DNA of 64,000 bases from Eledone cirrhosa (lineage: Eukaryota). Shown one piece after another: positions 1 through 13,000 of the stretch. Made by a program: the position numbers and the translations under genes. The notes below the pieces were generated by a model. It was given only the letters and a program-made list of their open reading frames with translations, ran no database searches and was not told the origin of the DNA. The number at the start of each line of letters is the position of its first letter. Position 1 is the first letter of the stretch. The stretch spans positions 386,198,001-386,262,000 of the forward strand of contig OZ024741.1 in NCBI GenBank assembly GCA_964016885.1, in the 5' to 3' direction.

Positions 1-208
1 TTGTGTGTAGGAAACACAAAATAAAAACCTAGTCACTGAGGAGGTCACAGAATATGTGACGAAAGAGCTTTGACAATATATAAAAAAAACCATCCAGTTA
101 TCAAACCAACCAATCAAGGAACTAACCGGAAATTTATAATAAACTGAAGGGAAAACGAGCAGGTGCATGCGTTTTTATTGGCAGCATGACCCCCCCAAAG
201 TATAACAA
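1..208 (+). mobile_element. Terminal repeat of a putative Penelope-like element (family A), running off the left edge and ending in (TA)n
   Basis: Diverged homologue of 37465-37668: shares CTGAnGAGGTCACA..TGTGACGAAAG and the end ...ATTGGCA(g/a)CATGACCC(c/t)CCCAAAGTATAACAATA-(TA)n. Confidence 0.7.
32..74 (+). ncRNA. Minimal type-I hammerhead ribozyme motif
   Basis: GTCA-CTGAGGA-G-GTCACA(gaata)TGTGAC-GAAA-GAGC-TT-TGAC. Stem I GTCA/TGAC, 6-bp stem II, intact CUGAnGA and GAAA boxes, CUU cleavage triplet, vestigial stem III. Confidence 0.7.
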
Positions 209-268
209 TATATATATACAGACACACACACATATATAAATATACACACTTAGAAACCCTTCATGATA

Positions 269-584
269 CATCATCATCATCATCATTTTACGTCTACTTT
301 TCCCTGCTTGCAAAGGTGGGACAGGAACTGATTCTGGCTTGATTTCTACAGCTGGATGCCCTTCCTAACACCAACCTCATTTACAGTGAGTGCTGGGTGC
401 TTTTTTTCTGTGGCGCCTACACGTCCACTTTACAGTGTGGGCTGGGTGCTTTTTTGCCGTGGCACCTCCATGACCACTTTGCAGTGGAATGATAGGGACC
501 CCAGTCCTATCATCTCATTTCTACAGCTGAGTAAACTGGAACAATGTGAAATAAAGTGTCTTGCTCAAGGAAACAACACATCAC
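269..584 (-). mobile_element. 5'-truncated CORE-type SINE with RTE-derived 3' tail and (ATG)n end
   Basis: Reverse complement matches the body and tail of the complete copy at 42195-42529. Confidence 0.8.
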
Positions 585-689
585 ATATGACTTAATATTC
601 AGCCATCAGATATGAGATAGATACAGTAATATTGTATTCGATTTTTTGAAGTCATTTGTTATAATTTCATTCAACAACACCACCAGCTT

Positions 690-993
690 TCTCTCTCTTA
701 CATTTTCTTTCTTTGTCTCCCCCCTCTCTCTCTCTATGTCTCTCTTTCAATCTACTCCCTCACAACCACTATCTTTTTCTCTCTATCTTTCTTTCTATTT
801 ATGAAGGTACCCGGTAAAACCCTGTTTCTCAGGAACCCATGTTCCAATTTACGTGAAACTTGTTTTATTCCATTTGTATTCCCATTTCAGGGGCAACTTC
901 CTTTCCAAGTATCTTCCCAGTATGTGCCGTTTTGGCTGTATTACATTACAGACAAGACACAATCACAGATTTTTTGTAGTATACTAGACCACC
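690..993. repeat. Unclassified ~300 bp repeat, copy 1
   Basis: Aligns by eye to 2947-3201 and 3208-3496 (TTTATGAAGGTACC...TTTGTATTCCCATTTCAGGG...TATTACATTACA). Confidence 0.8.
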
Positions 994-1116
994 TGTGACC
1001 GGTTGGGTCATGTTCATTTAAAAATATTGTTTTAAAATCATGTTCACATAAAGATAATTTTTAAATAATCAAAATATACACAGATATGTATATAATGTAA
1101 AATGAAATTGGAAGGC

Positions 1117-1181
<65 letters not shown>

Positions 1182-1198
1182 GGTGTGTGTGTGTATAC

Positions 1199-1241
<43 letters not shown>

Positions 1242-1264
1242 ATTGTGTATATATATATATATAT

Positions 1265-2940
1265 TGTTAACCAGGTAATACTAGAAGGTGTCATACCAAA
1301 AGATTGGTGCAGTAGCATCATTGTCAACTGCTACAAAGGTAAAGGTGATGCACTCGATAGAGGAAACTATAGAGGTATAAAGCTGATGGACCAGGTCATG
1401 AAAGTAACAGAAAGAGTTATAGCACAGTTGATTAGGGACCGGGTGAAACTATATGAGATGCAATTTGGGTTTGTACCAGGAAGAGGTACCACTGATGCCC
1501 TCTTCCTTGTGAGGCAGTTACAGGAAAAGTACCTAGCTAAAAGTAAGCCACTCTACCTAGCATTCGTCGATCTCGAGAAAGCCTTTGACAGAGTTCCACG
1601 TGCTGTAATCTGGTGGGCTCTTAGAAAACTAGGAGTAGATGAATGGCTTGTGAAAGCTGTACAAGCCATGTATAGGGGAGCAGTCAGCAAAGTTAGGATT
1701 AGCAATGAGTATAGCGAGGAATTTAGCGTACAGGTTGGTGTCCACCAGGGCTCTGTTCTTAGCCCTCTCCTGTTCATCATAGTCCTGCAGGCAATAACGG
1801 AGGAGTTTAAGACCGGATGCCCATGGGAACTCCTGTATGCTGATGACCTCGCACTTATAGCTGAATCTATGGTAGAACTAGAGAAGAAATTCCAAACTTG
1901 GAAGCAGGGTCTAGAAAGAAAGGGTCTCAAAGTCAACATGACAAAGACTAAGGTCCTTGTAAGTAGACGAGAAAACAGAACCCAGATCCTCTCAGGGAAA
2001 TGGCGTTGCTCAGTATGTAGGAAAGGTGTAGGTAGGAACTCCATTCTCTGCCCCAAATGCAAACAATGGGTACACAAGAGATGTAGCGGGATCTCAGGAA
2101 GCTTAATTAAGAATGTATGCTTCACATGCAGCAGCTGTACTGGAACAGCAAGCAGCAAACAGCCACAGGAAACAAGTACCACCAATCTCTGGGAGGGCTC
2201 TGTAGAGACAGTAGACAGCTTCTGCTACCTAGGTGACCGAATTAGCAGCGGAGGTGGGTGTTCAGGAAGTACAATAACTAGGGTAAGAACGGGATGGAAG
2301 AAGTTCAGGGAACTACTGCCACTGCTAGCTGCAAAAGGCTTCTCCCTCAAAATGAAAGGCAGACTGTATGATGCGTGTATCCGAACAGCAATGTTACATG
2401 GTAGTGAGACCTGGGCACTGAAGGTGGAAGACTTACGTAGATTAGAGAGAAATGAAGCCTGCATGCTCCGATGGAAGTGTAATAGTAATATACGCGAACG
2501 ACAAAGCATAAATGAATTGAGAGAGAGACTGAGCATAAGAGGAATCAAATGCTGTGTGCAGGAAAGGCGATTGCATTGGTATGGACATGTGATGCGTATG
2601 AAGGATTACAGCTGCATAAAAAGGTGCAGAGCACTAGAAGTCGATGGAAACCGCGGAGTGGGGAGACCCAAGATGACCTGGGATGAGGTGATAAAAGCCG
2701 ACCTTACCCAATTACACCTCTCAAACGTGATGACACACGACCACAAAAAAGCACCCAGCACTCACTGTAAATAAGGTTGGTGTTAGGAAGGGCATCCAGC
2801 TGAAGAAATCAAGCCAAATCAGTTCCTGTATGAGCAAGGCATGGTCAGCCGACCAGACACTGCCCACAACAGGACAACCCATCTAACCCATGCTAGCATG
2901 GAAGAACGGACGTAAAACGGTGATGATGATGATGATGATG
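1265..2940 (+). mobile_element. 5'-truncated RTE-clade LINE (RT, PHD-like finger, C-terminus, internally deleted 3'UTR, (ATG)n tail)
   Basis: ORF 1167-2774 has NYRGIKL, QFGFVPGRGTTDA, FVDLEKAFDRVP, GVHQGSVLSPLLF, YADDLAL, RLHWYGHVMRM and GRPKMTW. Nearly identical to 18200-20033. It starts directly after a TA/TG microsatellite. Confidence 0.95.
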
Positions 2941-2946
2941 TGGGTG

Positions 2947-3496
2947 TCTTTCAATCTATTCTCTCACAACCACTGTCACTTTCTCTTTATCTTTCTCTCT
3001 CTCTATTTATAAAGGTACCTGGAAAAACCCTGTATCTCGACAACCTGTGCTCGGATTTAGACAAAACTTGTTTTATTCCATTTGTATTCCCATTTCAGGG
3101 TCAACTTCCTTTCAAAGTATTTTCCCATCATGCGCCATTTTGGCTGTATTACATTACATACAAGCACACCACCACAGAGTTTTAGTAGTATATTACACCA
3201 CCCAAAATATTTTCTCTCTTTCATTCTCCTTCTCTGTCTTCTCTCCCTCTCTCTATGTCTATCTTTCAATCTACTCTCTCACAATCACTGTCACTTTCTC
3301 TCTATCCTTCTCTCTTCTCTCTGTTTATGAAGGTACCCAGAAAACCCCATATCTCGGGAACCTGTGCTTTGATTTATGCGAAACATTTGTATTCCCATTT
3401 CAGGGTCAACTTCCTTTTAAAGTATTTTCCCATTATGCGCCCTTTTGGCTTTATTACATTACATACAAGGAAGCAAGCAATCACAGACTTTTAGTA
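2947..3496. repeat. Unclassified ~300 bp repeat, tandem copies 2 and 3
   Basis: Two adjacent diverged copies of the 690-993 unit. Confidence 0.8.
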
Positions 3497-3589
3497 ATAT
3501 ATAGATAAATAGATAGATTACAGGACAAGCAACCAATGAAAGGCTCAATGTAATATTCTAAAAAAGTTTAAAGTCTGTCTTGAGCCCAA

Positions 3590-3794
3590 CGTCTCATCAG
3601 GCTGGTGTTAATCTCAGTTTCCATGGACTTAAACAAGAATTTTCCTGGACAGGATGCGAGTCTATCACAGAGTTCACCTCCCTACTATTGTTGCTGGTAC
3701 CCATTTTAGCTGAATATACTTGCGCAACAGGAATCAAGCCCACGACATAATGATTGTAAGTCCAACAGTCTTACCACTAGGCCACGTGTCTCCA
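3590..3794 (-). mobile_element. Degenerate tRNA-derived SINE related to 42800-43084
   Basis: Reverse complement begins TGGAGACACGTGGCCTAGTGGTAAGACTGTTGGACTTACAATCATTATGTCGTGGG, matching the head at 42801. Confidence 0.7.
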
Positions 3795-4256
3795 CTATAA
3801 AATATAATATTGCTTGTAGTGTTAATGGTATTTGGTTAGTCAATTTCTTGGCCTCATTCAACCACAGAACCTCATAAGCATAAAGGCTGTGATATCTGGC
3901 CCTTGTTTGAAACTTAAAACTGGAATTATGTTGTCAACATAACATTTAAAACAAGTGTGTAGACAATGAAGTGAAACTATGAGGTCAACAGCTCAATGAC
4001 TAAATACACTACTACTTCTACTAATATTTACAAATCATTTTCCCTGCTAAAGTAGGAATTAGCATTAGGTCCCACAACAAGCTTCACACTTGTTATACAG
4101 TCTTTTTTGAGACATTGTCTAACAACATGAAACCCTTCCTGGTTCCAAAATTTTTAGTCACTTCTTACAACTTGAAAGGATAGAGTGTACCAATAATAAA
4201 CCAGACATATACTGAGTATTACTTATAGCTAATTAGTTATTGTTACACTAAGGAGC

Positions 4257-4600
4257 ATCATCATCATCACCATTTTACATCCGCTTTTCTATGCTTGTAT
4301 GGATTGGAACCTCCATTTGTAATGTTCCTTTGACAACTCCAGTGTGAGTTTTAGTAATTTAAGATCAGCTTTCACTACTTCTGCCCAGGTCTTCCATGGT
4401 CTTCCTCTACTGTGGCATGATTTGACTGGGATTTCTTGACAATTCTTTGCCCAGCAATCATCATCCATGCACATCACATGTCCATTCTAGTGCAGTCTTC
4501 TCTCATGTACACTACATCTGATTCCTCTTATACTTATAGTTTTTCTTTCACTTCATCCACGATTCGTTGTTCACGCACAGTAACATTGCACATCCATTGA
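4257..4600 (-). mobile_element. Old RTE LINE 3' remnant
   Basis: Minus-strand peptide SRGRPWKTWAEVVKADL followed by an (ATG)n tail. Confidence 0.75.
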
Positions 4601-4619
4601 ATTTTTTTTCTTCTTCACC

Positions 4620-4925
4620 CTCTTATTTTTGAGAGGGCTGTCAATGCAGAGTTCTTAAACATTCCTTCTAGCAGGTCCTATCAGAAGCAACTTTCTCCAA
4701 TTGATCTGGCTGGATCCACAAGCGAGACCAGCTGAGCTCATAAATGATATCCAAACATCTTGTTCATGGTCTACCCCTAGATCTCCTGCCAGTTGGCTTT
4801 ACTCGTAAAATCTGTCCAGTGATTCTTTCCTGAAACATTCTAACCACATGCCCATAGTATTGGAGCTGTGATTTCTCAATTTGAAGAAGTCGCAACTCTA
4901 CCTGGAGTTGCTCTCTGACTTCTAT
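4620..4925 (-). mobile_element. 3' remnant of a second RTE-type LINE family
   Basis: Peptide IEKSQLQYYGHVVRM...KPTGRRSRGRP. Homologous to 28280-28670 on the + strand. Confidence 0.7.
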
Positions 4926-5209
4926 TTTGGCTACTTGTGTTACATAATCTGGTTTTGAGTTCCTGCTCATAGAAAAGAGACAAGATGGTCATGGTTGGAA
5001 TGGCTTTGATAATAGGTTTGCTCAATCAAGACAGACAGTATGTCATCCTTTGCCCTTTATATATTTCTACCACATTGTACTGGCTTTCTGAAACCTTGAA
5101 ACCTATCAGTCATTTGTTACATATCTCGCAATGCTGTATATTAACTATACTACTTTATAAATGATAAAGTTTTTCTGACACTTAAATTTGTGAACTAATT
5201 TTGTGATTT

Positions 5210-5220
5210 CATGATGATGA

Positions 5221-5288
<68 letters not shown>

Positions 5289-5511
5289 TGACTACTACTA
5301 CTGTTAACATTGCTGTTGTTGTTGTTAATACTGTTGTTGTTGCTACACTGCTTGTGTTGTTGTTAATATTGTTGTTACTGCGGTTGGCTCTCCCCCACAA
5401 GGAGTGGAAGTGTGGGTCTCATACAAATGCTGCTGCTGCTGCTGCTGCTACTTCAGTTGCTTCTGCTGCTGCTGCTGCTGCTGCTTCAGTTGCTTCTGCT
5501 GCTTCTGCTGC

Positions 5512-5544
<33 letters not shown>

Positions 5545-5829
5545 AGTTGCTGCTGCTATTGCTGTTGCTGTTGCTGCAGAGATTTATCGACCAGCTCAGT
5601 GACAGTCAGCCAGAATCAGTGTCAGCAGCCTCAACAGACACAATTGTTAAAAATCAATTCCACCAACAGAAAATACACCATTTAACTGTGTGCTAATTAG
5701 TAAAACAACAACAACAGCAATAACTACTACTACTACTACTACTACTACTGCTACTACTACGACTACTACTACTACTACTACCACCACCACCACCACCACC
5801 ACCACCACCATCACCACCACCACCACCAG

Positions 5830-5895
<66 letters not shown>

Positions 5896-6003
5896 CACTA
5901 CCACCACCACCACTACTACTACTACTACTACCACCACCACCACCACACCACCACCACCACTACCACCACCACTACAACCACCACCACCACTACTACAACA
6001 ACA

Positions 6004-6035
<32 letters not shown>

Positions 6036-6177
6036 AATGACCACAGTTGCAACTACTGCAACAATTACAGCAACTACAACAACAACTAAAACTATAGCTA
6101 CTACATCTATAATAATAACAACTACCACAACCACCACTGCCACCACCATAACCACCACCACTGCCACTACAACAACA

Positions 6178-6220
<43 letters not shown>

Positions 6221-6435
6221 GCCATGTTAGAATTTAGAGTAATGTTTTGGATTATTTACAATATTTCCATCCTACCATTTCTATTGGTGCCAACACCAAC
6301 AATCATTAATTCAGTGTATAGGCATGTGTGAGTGTGTGTGTGTTTGAGAAATGGTAGAAATAATTTTCTTCTTCTTCTTCTTCTTCTTCTTCTTCTTCTT
6401 CTTCTTCTTCTTCTTCTTCTTCTTCTTCTTCTTCC
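5210..6435. repeat. Compound trinucleotide microsatellites (ACT, GCT, ACC, CTT)
   Basis: Directly visible runs at about 5222-5300, 5428-5575, 5720-6220 and 6367-6433. Confidence 0.95.
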
Positions 6436-6449
6436 ATTATTATTGTTAC

Positions 6450-7175
6450 TTGATGTCTTAGTCATTGATGTTATTCAACAGGAATAATTATTCTGATGAA
6501 TATTTAGGACGATATTTAGGACGTTTTGGAGGATCCTTGCCGTTCCAAATAGGCATGCTTTTTGAAGTGTTCCAAAACATGGGGGTGGGGGGTGGGGTGG
6601 GCTGATGGTCTTTAGCCAGCCTTGGAAACTCTTTGAGTACCCAATGCTCCCATGACAATGGGGACAACCTTGATTCCATGACAGTTCTAAATCCTTTTCA
6701 GTTCCCACTTCAGGTCCTGGTACTTGTTAATTTTTTCCCCTCTCCTCTTCCTGTACTCTTGTGTTGAAGGAGCAAGCTACATCTGTAATTAAACACAATC
6801 TTTTTTTCTTGTTGATAACCACCAAGTCAAGTGTTCTAATTGTGTTCTAATTCTTTATCAGTTTGTATTCTGAAATCCCATAACACCTTCACCGATTCTT
6901 GCTTATGTTCATACCACCTCTCAGTGTGGGGTGAATTGTTCAATTTGTATAAATGCTAGTGGATTACTTTTCCTATAATATCATGTCTCCATCCTTTATA
7001 ATGAGTCTGTGCCAGGAGTTTACACTCCAATACGATGTGAGCTACAGTCTCCTCTCTCTCTTCACATATCCTACAAAGTGGGCTAGCTTCCTCCTTGTCA
7101 ATATGATGTTTCATCCACTTCATTCTAAGGGCTTGCCCCTGTACAGCCAGTAGCATTTCCTCGGTAGTTTTCTTG
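6450..7175 (-). mobile_element. R4/Dong-clade non-LTR retrotransposon 3' fragment (CCHC knuckle and decayed restriction-like endonuclease)
   Basis: QALRMKW...SPLCRICEEREETVAHIVLEC...WRHD and LQKACLFGTARIL. Flanked by (ATT)n on both sides. Confidence 0.8.
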
Positions 7176-7219
7176 ATTATTATTATTATTGTTGTTGTTA
7201 TCCTCATCATCATCAGCAG

Positions 7220-10200
7220 CAGCAGAGTTGACGAGGCCTCAAAAGCGATCATATGCTTTGGAAAGAGTCCACATCAGCGAAGAGGAAATGAAGGAGGCAA
7301 AGCAGTTAATAAAGACGAGAGGCTACAGGGCCTCACTCATCTACCTGACATCATAGGGAACAGATGTCTTTGAACGGTCTTGTACTGCACAATCAGTATA
7401 AAATTTTGTAGAGTGGAGCAGGTTAGCGAGTCTCAAGTTCAAAAGGTTATGGGTGCTATGTGGGCACATAAAACATACATAGCCTGGGGAACAAAATATA
7501 GCACTGTAGATGTTCTCTTCACAACTCCTCAAGAAGCCAAGACACACTTCATCTCACCATTTTACAGCAAAGAGATCATCATGGTGCTAACATACTGTGG
7601 CCAAAAACTTGAGAGGGTTAGAGTAACCCAAGTGATGTGTTAGAGTAACCCAAGTGCTGCCTTCAATATCTATTTCTTGGCTTATTGTGGCTGTCCTTGC
7701 TGACGTTGAGGAAACAAGAGCAATCCTGGACATGGTAAAAATAAAGCAAGAAAACTGGACAAGATTGGAGATGGAACTGCTGATCCAAACAAACTAGGAA
7801 AATATAGAGGCCATCCTCAATGTGATAGACCTTGACAATGGCAGTCACCTACTCATGACTGTTGAGGGTAGAAGGCCAACGTTCCACATTTCTGCCTAAA
7901 ATAAACAAAGGCAGGGATGAGCCCTCCTCTGCTTCCCTTGCTGGATCACATGCTGGGAGCAACCAAGCTGGCTGTTGCTGCAGCCACAGCAAAAAAAAAA
8001 TGGGACCAGCATCAACAGCAGCAACAACAAAGCCCCCACCTCCACCACAAAATGCAACACCAATGCCTGTGGAAGACCTACTCTTCCCCGACGTCACACA
8101 ATTGGACACGGATTGTAATGAGGATGAGAAGTGGAAAACAATCAGGAAAAAAAAGAAGAAAAACACACAAACTCAAAACTTCAACACCACCACTTTCACC
8201 ACCAACATCATCATCAACATCAGCCCCACTGCTACCACCACCAACATCATCACCATCATCAACCCCAACACCATCAACGTCTCAAAAAATGCCAACAATC
8301 CAGACAAAAACAAACCCACATCCACTACAACAACAAGTTCAAATCCAACAAAATGATACAACTGTCATGCATTACACAGCAATAAACAACACAAACAACA
8401 ACAAAATTACTTAACTTCATGCAGCACAACACCAACATTACAGAAAAAAAGTACATAACACCCTAAAAATTCACACCACCCACACATATAAAAGTCACAC
8501 AAATAAATAAAAAAAAAAACATGCTCTCTTCTCAAGAAAATTTTCCCTGATTCAATTGGAAACTTCCGAGAAACCCTTTCCAGAAGAAGATACAGAGACA
8601 TCCTTGTGCAGAAGGCTACAACTAGCCAAACAGACGAAGCAACTGTCCCTCCACTAAAAAGTCAGGAGTAAGTTCTCACTTGTTTCCTCCTTTGTTTCAA
8701 TATGGCTTCACTCAGAATAGGCAGTATAAATACATGTGGCCTGAGGTTGCCTTAAAAGCAGGGTCACCTTCTCAATGACCTCAGGTTACTGAACATAGAT
8801 GTGGTGGCCATCAGCAGACCAGACTTTCCAAGGCACGAGCCTTCACACCCATCTTTAGTGGTTACAATGTGTATGCATCTTCAAGCTATCAGGGATCTGG
8901 AGAGGGTGTAGCTGTGTTGTTTAAGAGAGGTACACTTTCAGATTAGTGGCCATCTATGCCCCAACAGGGGCAGGGCAGCCTGATTTTTTCCGGTGACTGG
9001 AGACTTACCTAGGAACGTTTTGCTTTTTAATGTTAGTGGGTGATTGGAATGGGATCTTGGATGCATGCTGGGACTGTGTAGGACTAGCAGATAGGGGAGG
9101 AGGGTGTAAAAGCCTTGCAAACCTGCTCAGATGCTTTCAAATGTCTGAAAGGTACTGACTGATTTTCCTGAATGTGCCAATGTGGACATGGAAAAACTGC
9201 GTTGGATCGTATCTAGATAAAATATTTTGAAGGGAAATAGATAAGTCTAACATAAGTTGTACACAATTCAAGCTACACAGGCCACAAATTTGTGATCTGT
9301 ATGGTCGACTTAGACAGGCTCTGTAGTCAGAGACCTGGCAACTGGAAACTGAACGTGTTGCTCCTGGCATGCAAAGCCTACAGTGACTGGATAAAGCAAA
9401 TTAGTTAATTGGGCATTGACGGGGCAGTTGTCAACAACAAATGATGGTTCGAACTGAAAAGGGCGATTAAAATGGAATCCATTAGGTTCAGTAAGGCTGC
9501 AACAATAGAGAAAAAAGAGCAGAGGGAGAACTAGTTAGAAAGTTAGGCGAGGTGCTTAGTAAAGGCATCGCAACTGATGTGCTAGTGTCGAGATTGGCCC
9601 TCGAACAATTCTTCAATACTAAGCGTAAAGGCTGTGTTATCAGAGCTAGGGCACATGCTCATAGATAGGAAGGGGCAAAAGCCGTTCACTTGGCTCGAGG
9701 GGTGAAGGTGCAGCGTGGAAACAAAACCACAATCTGGTCTCTGGCACACCATGATGAGAGCATATTTCTGGGTCCCAAGCAGATGCGTGCAATCTTTTTG
9801 GAAGCAGTGGTGGGCTGAATCATAAAATGGACTTCAGTACCTGCTGCAGATCTCGACGACGGAGGCGGAATCCTGCAAAAGGCCAATAACAGTTGCTGAA
9901 ATATGGGATGCAATGACTATCTGCACAAGGAGTAAATCACTTGGTTTAGATGGTCTGCCCTACGAGCTTTACGTTCACAAGCCAGACTTGTTTGGTGACG
10001 TTTTGGCAGATGTCTACTGCAACTGGTAGCAGAATGGGAAAATTTGCAGTTCTGTGAGCTGAGGGGGACTACATAGAAAATTTCAGGCCCATAACTTTGC
10101 TGAACACAGAGTTCAAAATTTTGGTTAAGGTGTTAACGACAAGGTTAGAGCTTGTTGTTGGGAGTCTAGTGGGAGATGTGCAGATATGCTCCATTCTAAA

Positions 10201-10725
10201 CAGATCCATCCACAACAACCTCCACCTCATGCGATGTATCATAGAGAGGGTAGCTCAGGATCAGTGGAAACTTCACCTTGGCATTCTATAGAGGGTCTTC
10301 CACAGGACTTTTGGACCAAGGCTTAAGGATAACTTCCAGAAATCCCTAACCTGTCAGTGCTACCGGTAAGCATTGCTGATCCTAGATAAACTCTTCAGGA
10401 ATGGAAGTACCATCAGCCGAGCATGTTTGAGATGCGTTCAGTGTCCAAGTATCACTGGCTTGTGGGTTTATCTCGAACACCTGCTGTCACATGTGAGACG
10501 GATCCGACTGTCAACTGAGCCCATCATCAAAATCACTCTGCCACGCTTCCTTAGCTAGGAATGGCAGGCTGTTTTTTTGTCTGTCTGGAGGCCATAGTGA
10601 AAGAGCCCTAAAGGGCTGAAGAGGGTACTTTCTTTTTCAGTGACCTGCCCTGATTAAATTCTTGAGGTTTCACTTGAAGAGGAAAATCAGGGTGGAGAAG
10701 GAAGTGTTGCCTTCAAAACAATTTG
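7220..10725 (+). mobile_element. Decayed, internally deleted L1/Tx1-like LINE (ORF1 remnant, APE-RT ORF2 from ~8702)
   Basis: 8702 reads MASLRIGSINTCGL (APE start), ~9935 KSLGLDGLPYELY, ~10080 FRPITLLNTEFKILVKVLTTRL...NRSIHNNLHLMR. Many stops and frameshifts. The 5' boundary is uncertain. Confidence 0.7.
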
Positions 10726-10739
10726 GCTTTTTTTTTGTC

Positions 10740-11515
10740 TCCCTTATTGTTTTTCTTTGCCTTGACATCTACACCCATATTTTCTGCTACAACAATGCTT
10801 GCTGACTTTATTAAGTCATTTGTTTCTGGGATGTGATTTGTTTTGTTGTATTTCAGAACTTCATTCCCTTTATGTTTCTTGGTTCAGCTTTCATTGGTCA
10901 ACCTTCTTCAGGCTGCAAATAAGGTTCCATTGTTCTTCTGTAACCTTGCCTTTATTCTGTCATACATTACCTTCTGTTCACCTTGTCTTCCATACCATCG
11001 ACATTTCTCTCACCAGACAAACCATCTCTACCTTGTTTCTGTTGGTAACCAGAAATCTTTTCACCCTTGTCCTCTGCTGTAGTTTCTCTTTCCTCAGTAA
11101 GACCTTCATCTACACCATTTCTTTCACTGCTGTTTCCTGATACCTGTCTTTTGATAGCTTCAAATTCCACTTCTGTCAACCAGCGATTTTTTTGCTCTGG
11201 CTTCGTCACATAAACTCTGCTCTCTGAGTTGAAACAAGCCTCTTTCTCTCCATATTTTATGCATTCGTTGTTTGTATCCTTTGGTAGGGACCCAATTTTC
11301 ATCTATATGATTGCTCAAGTAGTAACACTCCATGACCATATCATTTACTTTTTTACTCCACCTCCATTGTGGTTGCTGGTCCATTGCTGAATAACGACTT
11401 GATGGAGCCCAACCAGGTACTAAGTCTGCTGGGCACGATACCTTCACCATCGATGGTTCCAATCCCGTTAATTCCAATCCTGTTCTTAAAATGGTTTACT
11501 TGATTTAACATACTC
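10740..11515 (-). mobile_element. R4/Dong-clade 5' (N-terminal) remnant
   Basis: WRWSKKVNDMVMECYYLS...GYKQRMHKIWRERG...EQSLCDEAR...WLTEVEFEAIKR resembles the R4/Dong N-terminus and parallels KWSREDNKEVLEAFY at ~13350. Confidence 0.6.
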
Positions 11516-11824
11516 ACTCATATAATAATATATATATTATTAAGTTGCGCAACTACCAGTGTTTTTATCATGACACCATCACTATTGTTATTATTATAAA
11601 GAAATCATTATCATCACCATCACTATCGCACTCATCATCACCATCACCATCACTATCACACTCATCATCACCATCACCAACACCATCCTCACCACCATCA
11701 CTATCACCACCATTACAGTAAACAACTTTTCCTTGGGGAGCATTTATATTACTTTGATTGATCAGTTATGAAATTATTATAATATAGTTGTGGTCATTGA
11801 CATTTTTGGTTGCGTTCGCTTTCT

Positions 11825-11876
<52 letters not shown>

Positions 11877-11882
<6 letters not shown>

Positions 11883-12343
11883 TAGATGCAAATAGACCTG
11901 ATATAATACTGAAGGACTTTAAAAAGAGGGTATGCCTGCTAATTGATATGTCCGTTCCAATAGACAAGAATGTATCTATAAAAAAATTGAGCAAGTATAA
12001 GGACCTGGAGATAGAAATTGGAAAAATGTGGAAATTGAGAACTAAAACAATACCAGTGGTTGTAGGCGCTCTAGGAATGATACTTAAGGGATCTAATGAT
12101 CACTTATCGCAAATCCCAGGAAACCCGCGTATAGGAGAAATACAAAAGATAGTACTAATGGGAACTGCCCATATACTAAGGAAGATTCTGTCAATATAAG
12201 TACATCACAAGTCTAAACACCTAAAGATGCATGTGTGTGTATGTATGTTCTTTCTTGAACATGGCGGACCTTGTTGTCTCTTGAGGTCACTGGTTGTGAC
12301 TTGGTGATAACTCGTATGAACATAAAGCAAGATAAATGCAGCT

Positions 12344-12344
<1 letters not shown>
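11877..12344 (+). mobile_element. 5'-truncated R4/Dong copy (endonuclease end and 3'UTR) inside (TAA)n
   Basis: IDANRPDIILKD...LIDMSVP...KYKDLEIEI...PVVVGALG...GTAHILRKILS. Nearly identical to 16560-16752, with (TAA)n on both sides. Confidence 0.9.
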
Positions 12345-12374
<30 letters not shown>

Positions 12375-12412
12375 TTTCATTTATTAGCCACAAGAGCCGA
12401 CATGTAGGGGAC

Positions 12413-12440
<28 letters not shown>

Positions 12441-12443
<3 letters not shown>

Positions 12444-13000
12444 GCTACAGAAGGATTGCTAATGGCTGCGTAAGAGCAAGCCCTCAGAACGAAGTGAGTG
12501 AAACACTATATTGACAAGGAGGAGGCTAGCTCACTGTGTAGGATCTGTGGTGAGAGAGAGAGGAGACTGTGGCTCACATTGTATCCGAGTGTAAACACCT
12601 AGCCTAGACTCACTATAAAGGCTGGAGACATGATGTGATAGCCAGGGTGATCCACTGGCATCTATGCAAACTAAACAATTTACCACATTCTGAGAAGTGG
12701 TATGAGCATAAGCTAGAGTCGGTGATAGAAAACGATCAGGTGAAGGTGCTATGGAGGTGCTATGAGATCAAGGTCGTCCCGATTGTCATAGGAGCACTAG
12801 GTACTATCTCAAGGAGTTTCCAAGGATGGTTAAAGATTAGTCCAGCCCCGCTTTTTGGAACACTTCAAAAGGCATGCTTGCTGTGAACAGCAAGAACCCT
12901 CCAATATGTCCTGAATATCTGAGGCTGCAGGTAGCAGCTTGATATTCATTCCAACAAACTTTCCAGTTAAATAACATCAATGACTGAGACTCAAAGAACA
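12441..13000 (+). mobile_element. R4/Dong 3' fragment with internal deletion (family of 6450-7175)
   Basis: LCRICG...ETVAHIVSEC...WRHDVIARVIHW...VVPIVIGALG...LQKACLL, with (TAA)n flanks. Confidence 0.8.

Noticed and set aside
1553-2548. Antisense ORFs over the RTE copies (also 18487-19479)
   Set aside because: They are shadows of the conserved sense frame with no recognisable motifs.
5288-6237. Poly-Ala, poly-Cys, poly-Leu and poly-Thr ORFs
   Set aside because: These are pure trinucleotide microsatellite translations.
6450-11515. One R4 element split by the L1/Tx1 insertion
   Set aside because: The RT-coding middle is missing and the 3' piece has its own (AAT)n at its 5' junction, so independent fragments are more likely.
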